Source of the DNA: a virus
Taxonomy: Duplodnaviria; Caudoviricetes
Virus record (IMG/VR): IMGVR_UViG_3300030090_001446
Coordinates: 1-59,573 of that record
DNA: 59,573 bases
Strand: one strand, 5' to 3'
In this document: positions 1 to 6,631 of the stretch, piece by piece
Position numbering within the stretch: the stretch's first letter is position 1
Layout of the letters: each line of letters opens with the position of its first letter
Notes under the pieces: generated by a model
Told to the model about the DNA's origin: nothing
Database searches by the model: none
The model's input: the letters and a program-made list of their open reading frames with translations, nothing else
Translations under genes and position numbers: made by a program

Positions 1-666
1 TTAGCCTTAAAGCCACCTGGGAGATTCGCAAATTGACCTGCGTCTATCAATGCTCGCATTGCAGCAGTAGCACTCATAGTCAGATTACCAAGGAAATGCA
101 TCAGTCCTAAACCATAGAACCCAAATCCTGGAACAAAACGATAGTGTACAAAGTGTACTTTCTTTTGTTTTGTAGGATCATCCTTGGCATAATTACGTCG
201 AATACTAAGAACTTGTTTAGATTGTTCTTCTATTGTAACAATATACGGAAGAGACTCACCATCTTCTGATTGAGGATCATCTATATCAAGATAACAATGT
301 TGTTCTAGAAGAACATATTGAGGATCAGAATCACCAGAAGGAGACAATCCTATAATTGTATCCATCTTTTCTGAGAAAGATGTTGGGTTAATCATACCTG
401 CTTCAGGTAAATCAACATCTGAATACATCTCTGCTTTTATTTCTCGATAAAGATCAACAGGACTTTTATATATCACATGAGTATAACGGTCTGCATTCCT
501 TAGATTAGATGCATTATAGGAAACATAAAACTGATCAATAGGAATGAACTCAGATACAGGACGTTTAAAAGAAGCATCATAATATATTTTCTTAAACGAA
601 GAACCTATTAAGGGTAGATGAAAAAGCATTCTTTCAAATTCATCAAAGTATTCTGGCATTTGTTCT
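1..666. repeat. Imperfect terminal direct repeat, copy A (copy B 58908..59573)
   Basis: Ungapped manual alignment, about 51 mismatches in 666 bp, mostly third codon positions. Confidence 0.95.
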
Positions 667-1196
667 GTAAGCTGATAGTTCATAAAGTTCTGAACTCTCA
701 TGGCTTGGTTTTCTTTTTCCAGAGTATGCTTACCTAGTATCTGTGCCTTGACAGGACCATTAGGAGGAAACAATTCCTGTGATGCTTTTGATTGAAACTT
801 AACTGCTGATTCAATTAAGAGAGGATGTACTGCTGTACAGGCACCTTCAAAAGGTTCAGATGCTTCTTCAATTTTTAATCCCAGTAAATCAAATCCTCTT
901 TCAAACATAGACTCCCATTCATGACGGGAAGACTTATCAGATTCATAATTATCATAAAGAGTTCGCCCTATATCTTGAAGTGAATCTTCTTCTAGATCGT
1001 CTCTTAAATTACGATACCATTCCCCTACAGATTCTTCTGCTCCCATCTCAATAGTATTTTCTTCCATAAAATCTACAAGAACTCCACCATCATCATCAAG
1101 TTCAAAGGTGGCTTTAGATTCATCTACATTGGGCATAGGAACAACATTATCCTGCATCGGATTTATTTGTTCAAAGGGATTTTGTTCAACTGCCAT
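1..1196 (-). CDS. Portal protein, N-terminal part (runs off the window start; ~844 aa when joined to 57569..59566)
   Basis: ATG at 1196, open frame MAVEQNPFEQ...EPFEGACTAVHPLL...QMPEYFDEFERMLFHLPL, collinear with the 665-aa ORF at the window end; downstream of TerL. Confidence 0.85.
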   Translation of the reverse strand, partial: MAVEQNPFEQINPMQDNVVPMPNVDESKATFELDDDGGVLVDFMEENTIEMGAEESVGEWYRNLRDDLEEDSLQDIGRTLYDNYESDKSSRHEWESMFERGFDLLGLKIEEASEPFEGACTAVHPLLIESAVKFQSKASQELFPPNGPVKAQILGKHTLEKENQAMRVQNFMNYQLTEQMPEYFDEFERMLFHLPLIGSSFKKIYYDASFKRPVSEFIPIDQFYVSYNASNLRNADRYTHVIYKSPVDLYREIKAEMYSDVDLPEAGMINPTSFSEKMDTIIGLSPSGDSDPQYVLLEQHCYLDIDDPQSEDGESLPYIVTIEEQSKQVLSIRRNYAKDDPTKQKKVHFVHYRFVPGFGFYGLGLMHFLGNLTMSATAAMRALIDAGQFANLPGGFKA

Positions 1197-1197
1197 T

Positions 1198-1374
1198 TTA
1201 ATAGGTATCCTTAAATTTTAAATCTATATGGTTTAATAGGTCTTTTTGATATCTACGCCATTTACCTTTACACATTTCTGAAACTGTGCAGCTACATTTT
1301 TTTGTTGTACATCGATAATCTTGGTACTCAGGACGTACTAGATTATGATTAACATTATCAGCAAAGGTCCACAT
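1198..1374 (-). CDS. Small hypothetical protein (58 aa from MWTFAD)
   Basis: Likely true start inside track ORF 1198..1437, overlapping the end of the Cys-rich ORF; abuts portal start. Confidence 0.5.
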   Translation of the reverse strand: MWTFADNVNHNLVRPEYQDYRCTTKKCSCTVSEMCKGKWRRYQKDLLNHIDLKFKDTY

Positions 1375-1462
1375 TGTCAGACTTATCATTGCATTCACAT
1401 GAGTCACAATCGCATGAGTCACATTCACATGATTCACACTTATTTTTTTTACATTCAGTCAT
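1358..1462 (-). CDS. Metallothionein-like Cys-rich peptide, 34 aa (not in ORF track)
   Basis: MTECKKNKCESCECDSCDCDSCECNDKSDNVDLC, 9 Cys; downstream of a promoter. Confidence 0.6.
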   Translation of the reverse strand: MTECKKNKCESCECDSCDCDSCECNDKSDNVDLC

Positions 1463-1548
1463 TTAACATATAAATCCCATTGTCATCTTATCTATATGAT
1501 ATAGATAATAACTTTGCAGTAATGTGTTTAAAAATTCTACCATACTCT

Positions 1549-1577
1549 ATTATACCATTAAACTCTCCAATATGCAA
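1549..1577 (-). promoter_or_regulatory. sigma70 promoter for the portal operon
   Basis: TTGCAT-17 bp-TATAAT with TGn extension. Confidence 0.7.
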
Positions 1578-3102
1578 CCCTCTTTTGAACTATTTCTTCT
1601 TCCCAGTCTGGATCGTCAGGATGTGTTACATGCCAGGATTCCTTGAGATAATGAATTGCCATTACCAAGGCATCTACCTGATCATCATGAGCAGCATGTG
1701 GAAATCTGGCAAGCTCTTCTATTAACTCATCTGCCCACTTTTTATTCTTGGGAATCCATACTCTCCCTGCTTCCATGATAGGAGAAGCTGCATATGCTCT
1801 GGCTACCTTGTCTCTGTCAGGTAAATAGTCCTTTACTGGTAAACCACTACGCCTCATATCCTGTATAAGAGATTGACCACTGGCTTTCTTTTCTATGATA
1901 CATACATCTGGTCTATGTTTATTGTATAGCATCTGTGCTGTTCTTCGCAGTTCAGGATATTCAAACCTTCCTCTGACATTTCCCAAAAGAATCAGGTTAG
2001 GAGCAAAGTCTTCTATTCCCATTTCGTTCTGTTCATACAGAGAAAATATACCCCATGTCTGGATAACACTAAAATCAGCAGTAGTTCTGGTAGAGAACGC
2101 AGTATCATATGTTTGTATTATAAAATCACACACAGGAGGCTCATCATATTCCCATTCCTGTATCCATTTCTTTTTTATAAGCCCACCTTCTTCTGGAGTA
2201 GGGTCTTGCATATACAAAGAGTTCCAGTAACGAGAACCATTTGATGCTTTGATCTCTGCTTCATCTATTGCCAAGACTTCATTCGGTTTCCATTCTGGAA
2301 AGTACGATCCTCCTACTGGAAGATCAAGAAGATCAGCAGCTTCCTCGTCCAACCATGCTGGTATCTTGACAACATCCCAAGGAAGAACATCGTATTCTGA
2401 CATTTCTTCCTGTTGTTTTAAGAGCCAGCCACATAAATCATCAAAATGATACCTTGTATTAATAATTAGGATAGCACCATTAGGCATAATACGTGTTCTA
2501 AGACCAGCAGGATACCATTCTTTAACATATCTCCTACCTGCTTCTGAATATGAATCTTCTTCTGACATAACATCATCAAGAATTGCTATGTGAGCGCCAC
2601 GACCTGCAATTTGTGAACGTACACCAGCAGCATAATAGGTTCCATTCTGGTTTGTTTTCCATTTTCCTGCTGCCCTAACGTCACTTCGTAAGGTAACACC
2701 TCTGAATATGTCCTGAAATTGCTCTGTGGTAACAATATCCCTGACTGAGCGTCCAAAATCACTGGCTAATTGATCTGAGTGAGAAACTGTCATTATCTCA
2801 TGTTCAGGATTCCTACCAATATACCAAGCAGGAAACAATTTAGAACATAAAACAGACTTAGAAGAACGAGGTGGTAAGAAAACCATTAGTCTTTTTATGT
2901 GACCATTCTCTAAATCATCTAATTTATTTGATATTACTTCTATATGTTTACCCATTCTCCAATCAGAAACAAGTGAAGGAGCCATTAATCTAACAAAAGT
3001 AAGAAAATCATCTTGTGCTTCTGTGTATGTTCTAACTTTTAACAGATTAGATAGGTTAATATAGTTATCTATAGTATTATCTGTAGTTGATTCTAGTTCC
3101 AT
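1558..3102 (-). CDS. terL: Terminase large subunit
   Basis: Walker A-like PPRSSKS, GRGAHIAILDD Walker B region, nuclease motifs YDTA and HDDQVDA. Confidence 0.95.
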   Translation of the reverse strand: MELESTTDNTIDNYINLSNLLKVRTYTEAQDDFLTFVRLMAPSLVSDWRMGKHIEVISNKLDDLENGHIKRLMVFLPPRSSKSVLCSKLFPAWYIGRNPEHEIMTVSHSDQLASDFGRSVRDIVTTEQFQDIFRGVTLRSDVRAAGKWKTNQNGTYYAAGVRSQIAGRGAHIAILDDVMSEEDSYSEAGRRYVKEWYPAGLRTRIMPNGAILIINTRYHFDDLCGWLLKQQEEMSEYDVLPWDVVKIPAWLDEEAADLLDLPVGGSYFPEWKPNEVLAIDEAEIKASNGSRYWNSLYMQDPTPEEGGLIKKKWIQEWEYDEPPVCDFIIQTYDTAFSTRTTADFSVIQTWGIFSLYEQNEMGIEDFAPNLILLGNVRGRFEYPELRRTAQMLYNKHRPDVCIIEKKASGQSLIQDMRRSGLPVKDYLPDRDKVARAYAASPIMEAGRVWIPKNKKWADELIEELARFPHAAHDDQVDALVMAIHYLKESWHVTHPDDPDWEEEIVQKRVAYWRV

Positions 3103-3201
3103 TGGTATCCTATAAGGTAAAAAGAAAAAAAATAAAAAGTACTATTAGTGTTAATAGTACTATTAAGGAACATTTTAGATTATTATCTTTCTCTATATAC
3201 T

Positions 3202-3230
3202 ATTATACACGTTTTTGGTGCTGATGTCAA
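3202..3230 (-). promoter_or_regulatory. sigma70 promoter for terL
   Basis: Perfect TTGACA-17 bp-TATAAT. Confidence 0.85.
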
Positions 3231-3325
3231 CCCCTGTATTTTTGATATTTTTATTCTAGTGCATAATATATATATGCGAGAGCAAGCGCGAGATTTTTGG
3301 GGCCACCCTCTAATTAATAATGACT

Positions 3326-3342
3326 CTTATAATCATTCTAAA
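3326..3342. promoter_or_regulatory. Degenerate Irr ICE-like box
   Basis: CTTATAA-TCA-TTCTAAA, 12/14 to TTTAGAA-N3-TTCTAAA. Confidence 0.4.
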
Positions 3343-3530
3343 ATAACAGATACCTTACCGAATTCACCAGGATTTACTTGTCAAGCTTTAATTCTCAAGT
3401 ATTCGTGGTGATTGCTCAAGTATTCGCTAAGTAAATCATCGTTTGTCTTTACTTATCTTTACTTTCTCTTTGTTTCCTGCCGTTTTTCTTATTATTTCCA
3501 GGCTCAAATGATGATTTTTTTCTATAATGA

Positions 3531-3543
3531 TATCAATAAGTTA
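3531..3543 (+). promoter_or_regulatory. IHF consensus site
   Basis: TATCAATAAGTTA = WATCAANNNNTTR, AT-rich 5' flank. Confidence 0.55.
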
Positions 3544-3551
3544 CACCCTAC

Positions 3552-3570
3552 TTTTAGAACCATTCTAAAA
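3552..3570. promoter_or_regulatory. Irr iron control element (ICE)-like palindrome
   Basis: TTTTAGAA-CCA-TTCTAAAA, exact match to the ICE consensus. Confidence 0.65.
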
Positions 3571-3671
3571 TACTGCATAAGCTATTGTTTTCGTTATACT
3601 TTTTATTTTTTAAATGAGCTACAGCAATCGTCATTTATGTTAAAATAGCCCAAAATTCACCTGGTCTCCAG

Positions 3672-3688
3672 TTTAGAACCATTCTAAT
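3672..3688. promoter_or_regulatory. Second ICE-like palindrome
   Basis: TTTAGAA-CCA-TTCTAAT, 13/14. Confidence 0.6.
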
Positions 3689-3709
3689 AATCCCTACATT
3701 ATCCAATGA

Positions 3710-3722
3710 TATCAATGACTTA
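3710..3722 (+). promoter_or_regulatory. IHF consensus site
   Basis: TATCAATGACTTA = WATCAANNNNTTR. Confidence 0.55.
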
Positions 3723-3726
3723 ACCC

Positions 3727-3743
3727 TGCGTCATTGTGTCGCA
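3727..3743. promoter_or_regulatory. RegA/PrrA/RegR-like box
   Basis: TGCGTC-ATTGT-GTCGCA fits GCGNC-N5-GNCGC. Confidence 0.45.
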
Positions 3744-3868
3744 CTTGGCTTCTCTCTTTATATATGCTTTAAGCCGCCTCCAATACGTTTTTTGACATTG
3801 TGAATATTCCACTACCGCATGGCCTCGGGGGCCAAGCGCCACCTCCCTATGGCCTACTCACTTCGGAC

Positions 3869-3887
3869 TTTTCCGCAGTGAGGAAAA
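3869..3887. repeat. 19-bp palindromic core, copy 1 of 5
   Basis: TTTTCC-GCAGTGA-GGAAAA upstream of ATG 3922. Confidence 0.85.
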
Positions 3888-3921
3888 CTTCGGCGCAATT
3901 CAAAATCAGGAAACACTAACA

Positions 3922-4518
3922 ATGACTATCGAAAATAAAATCTACACTCTCTCTCAATCGTGCGAAGTAATTTCAGGAATGGAAGCACAAGCGACCAAAG
4001 CGATTGAGAACACGGCGCTAAGCGCAATTGCTTTGATAGCGTCGAACACTTTGTGCGAATTGGCGGATGCTAAGTCGCGCAAAGTAGCACAAGCCGATTT
4101 CTTCAAGTCGTTCTATAAAAACAATAGTACGGTTGCTAAGGCGCAAGCTAAAGCTCTAGAAACGGCTAAGGTGTCCAAGTCTACACGGGAACGTGTCAGG
4201 AAAGTTATGAAAGCCAAAAAGTTCTGGGCTTTCGTGAATGGGCATTTCGACAACAATCCAAAGCAACAGCGTACCGCGTCAAACCTGATTGAGGCTTTCA
4301 AAGCAAACGGCCTGACAAGCACTAAACTTTTGGCGTTAGCGCCGCAGATTAAAGGTGATCCGTTATACGTTAAAGTTGATAAATTAACTGAGACGATTAC
4401 TAAAACGGAAAGCGCCAGTGATAAAATGGTTGCTGCTTTGATGAAAGCCCATATCGCACAAGGCAAAGCAATCGCCGCACTTGCCAAACGATCAGAGCCA
4501 GTAAAACAAGCGGCATAA
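3922..4518 (+). CDS. First early protein, Ala/Lys-rich, function unknown
   Basis: 198-aa ORF, AGGA RBS, followed by a terminator. Confidence 0.8.
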   Translation: MTIENKIYTLSQSCEVISGMEAQATKAIENTALSAIALIASNTLCELADAKSRKVAQADFFKSFYKNNSTVAKAQAKALETAKVSKSTRERVRKVMKAKKFWAFVNGHFDNNPKQQRTASNLIEAFKANGLTSTKLLALAPQIKGDPLYVKVDKLTETITKTESASDKMVAALMKAHIAQGKAIAALAKRSEPVKQAA

Positions 4519-4524
4519 CCAACA

Positions 4525-4562
4525 AGCCCCTAGCATTCGCAAGAGTGCTGGGGGCTTTTGCT
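4525..4562 (+). terminator. Intrinsic terminator
   Basis: AGCCCCTAGCATTC-GCAA-GAGTGCTGGGGGCT hairpin followed by a T-rich tract. Confidence 0.75.
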
Positions 4563-4598
4563 GTTTGCGGTAATGGAATATTCACAATGTCACGATAG

Positions 4599-4617
4599 TT
4601 TTCCGCAATGAGGAAAA
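4599..4617. repeat. 19-bp palindromic core, copy 2 of 5
   Basis: TTTTCC-GCAATGA-GGAAAA just before GGAGG RBS. Confidence 0.85.
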
Positions 4618-4628
4618 GTAGGAGGCAT

Positions 4629-5045
4629 ATGACATATTATCACAAGGTATCGTATGACCTAAACAAGTCGCACAGGTCTATCGTTGCCGATCGGAAGCGC
4701 GAGCCAATCACAGTTTGCGCTTCACTTAATGATGAGAAGGAAGAGGCAATCGCTATTCTTTCAGGCAATCCAGTCATGGAAAGCAAGCGCCTGGAATTAA
4801 GCAATGGCGCGTCTGATATTGATGACATAGGCGAGCTATATGCAGGAACAGCGGCAATGAAGAACCCGCGCCCATGTACGGGCAAATCGAGGGGCATTGC
4901 CAACAATAGAAAGGTAGCAAGCACGCCTCGTCGCGTGGTCATGGCTAAAGAAATGACCGCTGATAAATGGAATAAGATGACAGACAAGCAGAAAGCTAGG
5001 TTCTGTCGAAAGACAGTCAGTAACATTAGAAGGAAGAAGAAATGA
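4629..5045 (+). CDS. Basic early hypothetical protein
   Basis: GGAGG at 4621 supports ATG 4629. Confidence 0.7.
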   Translation: MTYYHKVSYDLNKSHRSIVADRKREPITVCASLNDEKEEAIAILSGNPVMESKRLELSNGASDIDDIGELYAGTAAMKNPRPCTGKSRGIANNRKVASTPRRVVMAKEMTADKWNKMTDKQKARFCRKTVSNIRRKKK

Positions 5046-5227
5046 GTTTCACCATTGAAGAAAATCCTTTTAATAATGGCAAAGAAAAAGGAGGCTACAT
5101 CATTGTAGAAAGACATCCAGGCAGCACTTTATGTCGTTTTCATGGGCCTGGGCCTGGAAAATTTTTTACAGGTAAAGGATTCGCCTCAATGAAAGAGGCA
5201 AAAGAAGTTTTGGAAAAACTGGTTTAA
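5042..5227 (+). CDS. Early hypothetical protein (61 aa)
   Basis: ATGA-coupled ORF; stop lies in CTGGTTTAACATA, the left end of the repeat. Confidence 0.7.
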   Translation: MSFTIEENPFNNGKEKGGYIIVERHPGSTLCRFHGPGPGKFFTGKGFASMKEAKEVLEKLV

Positions 5228-5254
5228 CATACTTCAAAAGAAAGGAAGAAAGAA

Positions 5255-5662
5255 ATGAAAACAATTATAGTGACGCGCCACAAGGCGCTAGTGTCTCTCC
5301 TCATTGAGGAGGGAATAGCATCAACAGAAACGCCTGTGTTGTCCCACGTTAAGGAGGAGGATGTGAGGGATAAGCACGTAATAGGCGTGCTTCCCATGCA
5401 TCTGGCATCCGCCGCCGCTACCGTGACCGAAATTCCGCTAAATATTCCAGCGGAATTACGAGGAAAAGAGCTGAACCTTGAGCAGGTCCGACAATTCGCG
5501 GCGGAGCCTGTTACTTACTCCGTCCGAAAGGCGGAGGATGTGAAGCAGTTTGCCTACAAGGTGGGCAATACTGTTGCACAAGGAAGCGAGATTTTTCTCG
5601 CCAATGGAACGGAGGATGATATCCTCTGTTTCAACGGTCTTCCCGCACGTTGCGGGACGTAA
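5255..5662 (+). CDS. csx16: Csx16-like (Cas_VVA1548 family) protein; candidate ring nuclease / anti-CRISPR
   Basis: Motifs VTRH, VLSHV, VIGVLPMHLA, LNIPAELRGKEL in Csx16 order and spacing; visibly GC-richer than the genome. Confidence 0.75.
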   Translation: MKTIIVTRHKALVSLLIEEGIASTETPVLSHVKEEDVRDKHVIGVLPMHLASAAATVTEIPLNIPAELRGKELNLEQVRQFAAEPVTYSVRKAEDVKQFAYKVGNTVAQGSEIFLANGTEDDILCFNGLPARCGT

Positions 5663-5666
5663 GCCC

Positions 5667-5741
5667 AAAGAGAGGATGGAGTTTTTCGCAATGAGAAAAA
5701 CTTGTTCTCTCTTTTCATGTGCAACCAGAGAGAGAAAGACA
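5667..5741 (+). repeat. Intergenic hairpin repeat copy A (left arm truncated; missing part at 5219..5231)
   Basis: AAAGAGAGGATGGAG-TTTTTCGCAATGAGAAAAA-CTTGTTCTCTCTTTTCATGTGCAACCAGAGAGAGAAAGACA then ATG. Confidence 0.95.
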
Positions 5742-6002
5742 ATGGAAATAGATAACGTCGATCTGTGTTATAAAAACTTCACAATAAGAATAACACAACG
5801 CACAGTAACAGAAAGAGGAAAGGGCTGGTGTGGTCCTCTTGTATCGCAGGAGGTATCTATCTTAAAAGGAGAGCGTATTATTGAGGCTTGGGATGTTAGT
5901 AACGCTCGCAATTTCCAGACTGATTCTCTAATTGATATTATCAAAAAAGCAAAACAGTATATAGATGGCATTTATGCTTGGAGAAGAGAGGATAAGGTTT
6001 AA
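5742..6002 (+). CDS. Early hypothetical protein (86 aa), paralog of 6084..6368
   Basis: ATG right after the repeat; shared V.L.YK...I.ITQ, SIL and I..AK..ID motifs. Confidence 0.75.
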   Translation: MEIDNVDLCYKNFTIRITQRTVTERGKGWCGPLVSQEVSILKGERIIEAWDVSNARNFQTDSLIDIIKKAKQYIDGIYAWRREDKV

Positions 6003-6083
6003 CATAAAAAGAGAGGATGGGTTTTCCGCAATGAGGAAAACTTGTCCTCTTTTTTCATGTGCAACCAGAGAGAGAGAAAGACA
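5996..6083 (+). repeat. Intergenic hairpin repeat copy B
   Basis: GGTTTAACATAAAAAGAGAGGATGGG-TTTTCCGCAATGAGGAAAA-CTTGTCCTCTTTTTTCATGTGCAACCAGAG... Confidence 0.95.
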
Positions 6084-6368
6084 ATGGAAAAGGAATATAG
6101 TATGAATAGGGTATGCCTGAAATATAAAGGGTATATTATTGAAATTACCCAACACAAAAGGGACGATTGTATATACGAAGAAAAAATCTCTATTCTGGGA
6201 ACTCGACAGCACAGTGTAATAGGTGACGACCTTTGTCACATTGTTGCTTATCCTAGAACTCAATACCCTGATGATTACATTGAGGGTATAAACCGAGCAA
6301 AGGCAGACATTGATCACCACATTGCAAACAAAGTCAAACGATGGAAAGAAAGGAACTGGACATTATGA
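6084..6368 (+). CDS. Early hypothetical protein (94 aa), paralog of 5742..6002
   Basis: ATG right after the repeat; shared motifs. Confidence 0.75.
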   Translation: MEKEYSMNRVCLKYKGYIIEITQHKRDDCIYEEKISILGTRQHSVIGDDLCHIVAYPRTQYPDDYIEGINRAKADIDHHIANKVKRWKERNWTL

Positions 6369-6628
6369 AAAGCATCAAACAAATAAGGGAAGAAATATTA
6401 GCGAGCGGCGACCCTTTCCTTTTGAACATGGCGGAGTTAGACGACAGGCAACTACTACTTCTGACCGTGCTTGTAAATAAGAAGCGTCAGATTGAACTAC
6501 TGGAAGAAAAGGAGAGGCTTGTGAAGCGTCAGATTGAACTACTGGAAGAAAAGGAGAGGCTTGTAAATAAGAAGCGTCAGCTCGATAAATTTGTTGAGGA
6601 CATTGAACTACTGGAAGAAGGAGATTGA
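6365..6628 (+). CDS. Coiled-coil protein with internal tandem duplication
   Basis: ATGA overlap; KRQIELLEEKERLV twice, with near-identical DNA. Confidence 0.7.
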   Translation: MKSIKQIREEILASGDPFLLNMAELDDRQLLLLTVLVNKKRQIELLEEKERLVKRQIELLEEKERLVNKKRQLDKFVEDIELLEEGD

Positions 6629-6631
6629 TAA

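Larger units (their letters stand above)
3793..4592. repeat. 27-bp inverted repeat (3793..3819 and 4566..4592) enclosing the first early gene; left arm overlaps a boxA-like sequence
   Basis: TGACATTGTGAATATTCCACTACCGCA versus reverse complement of TGCGGTAATGGAATATTCACAATGTCA, 26/27. Confidence 0.9.

Noticed and set aside
3148-3648. Track ORFs 3148..3411 and 3412..3648
   Set aside because: No RBS, low-complexity hydrophobic translations, overlap promoter and operator motifs; treated as non-coding
3792-3797. TTGACA as a -35 box
   Set aside because: No -10 hexamer 16-18 bp downstream; better explained as boxA-like and the inverted-repeat arm
5996-6083. Canonical integron attC sites
   Set aside because: GTTTAAC fits RYYYAAC and overlaps stop codons, but the partner is GTGCAAC, lacking the invariant GTT, and no integron integrase is present; kept only as an analogy
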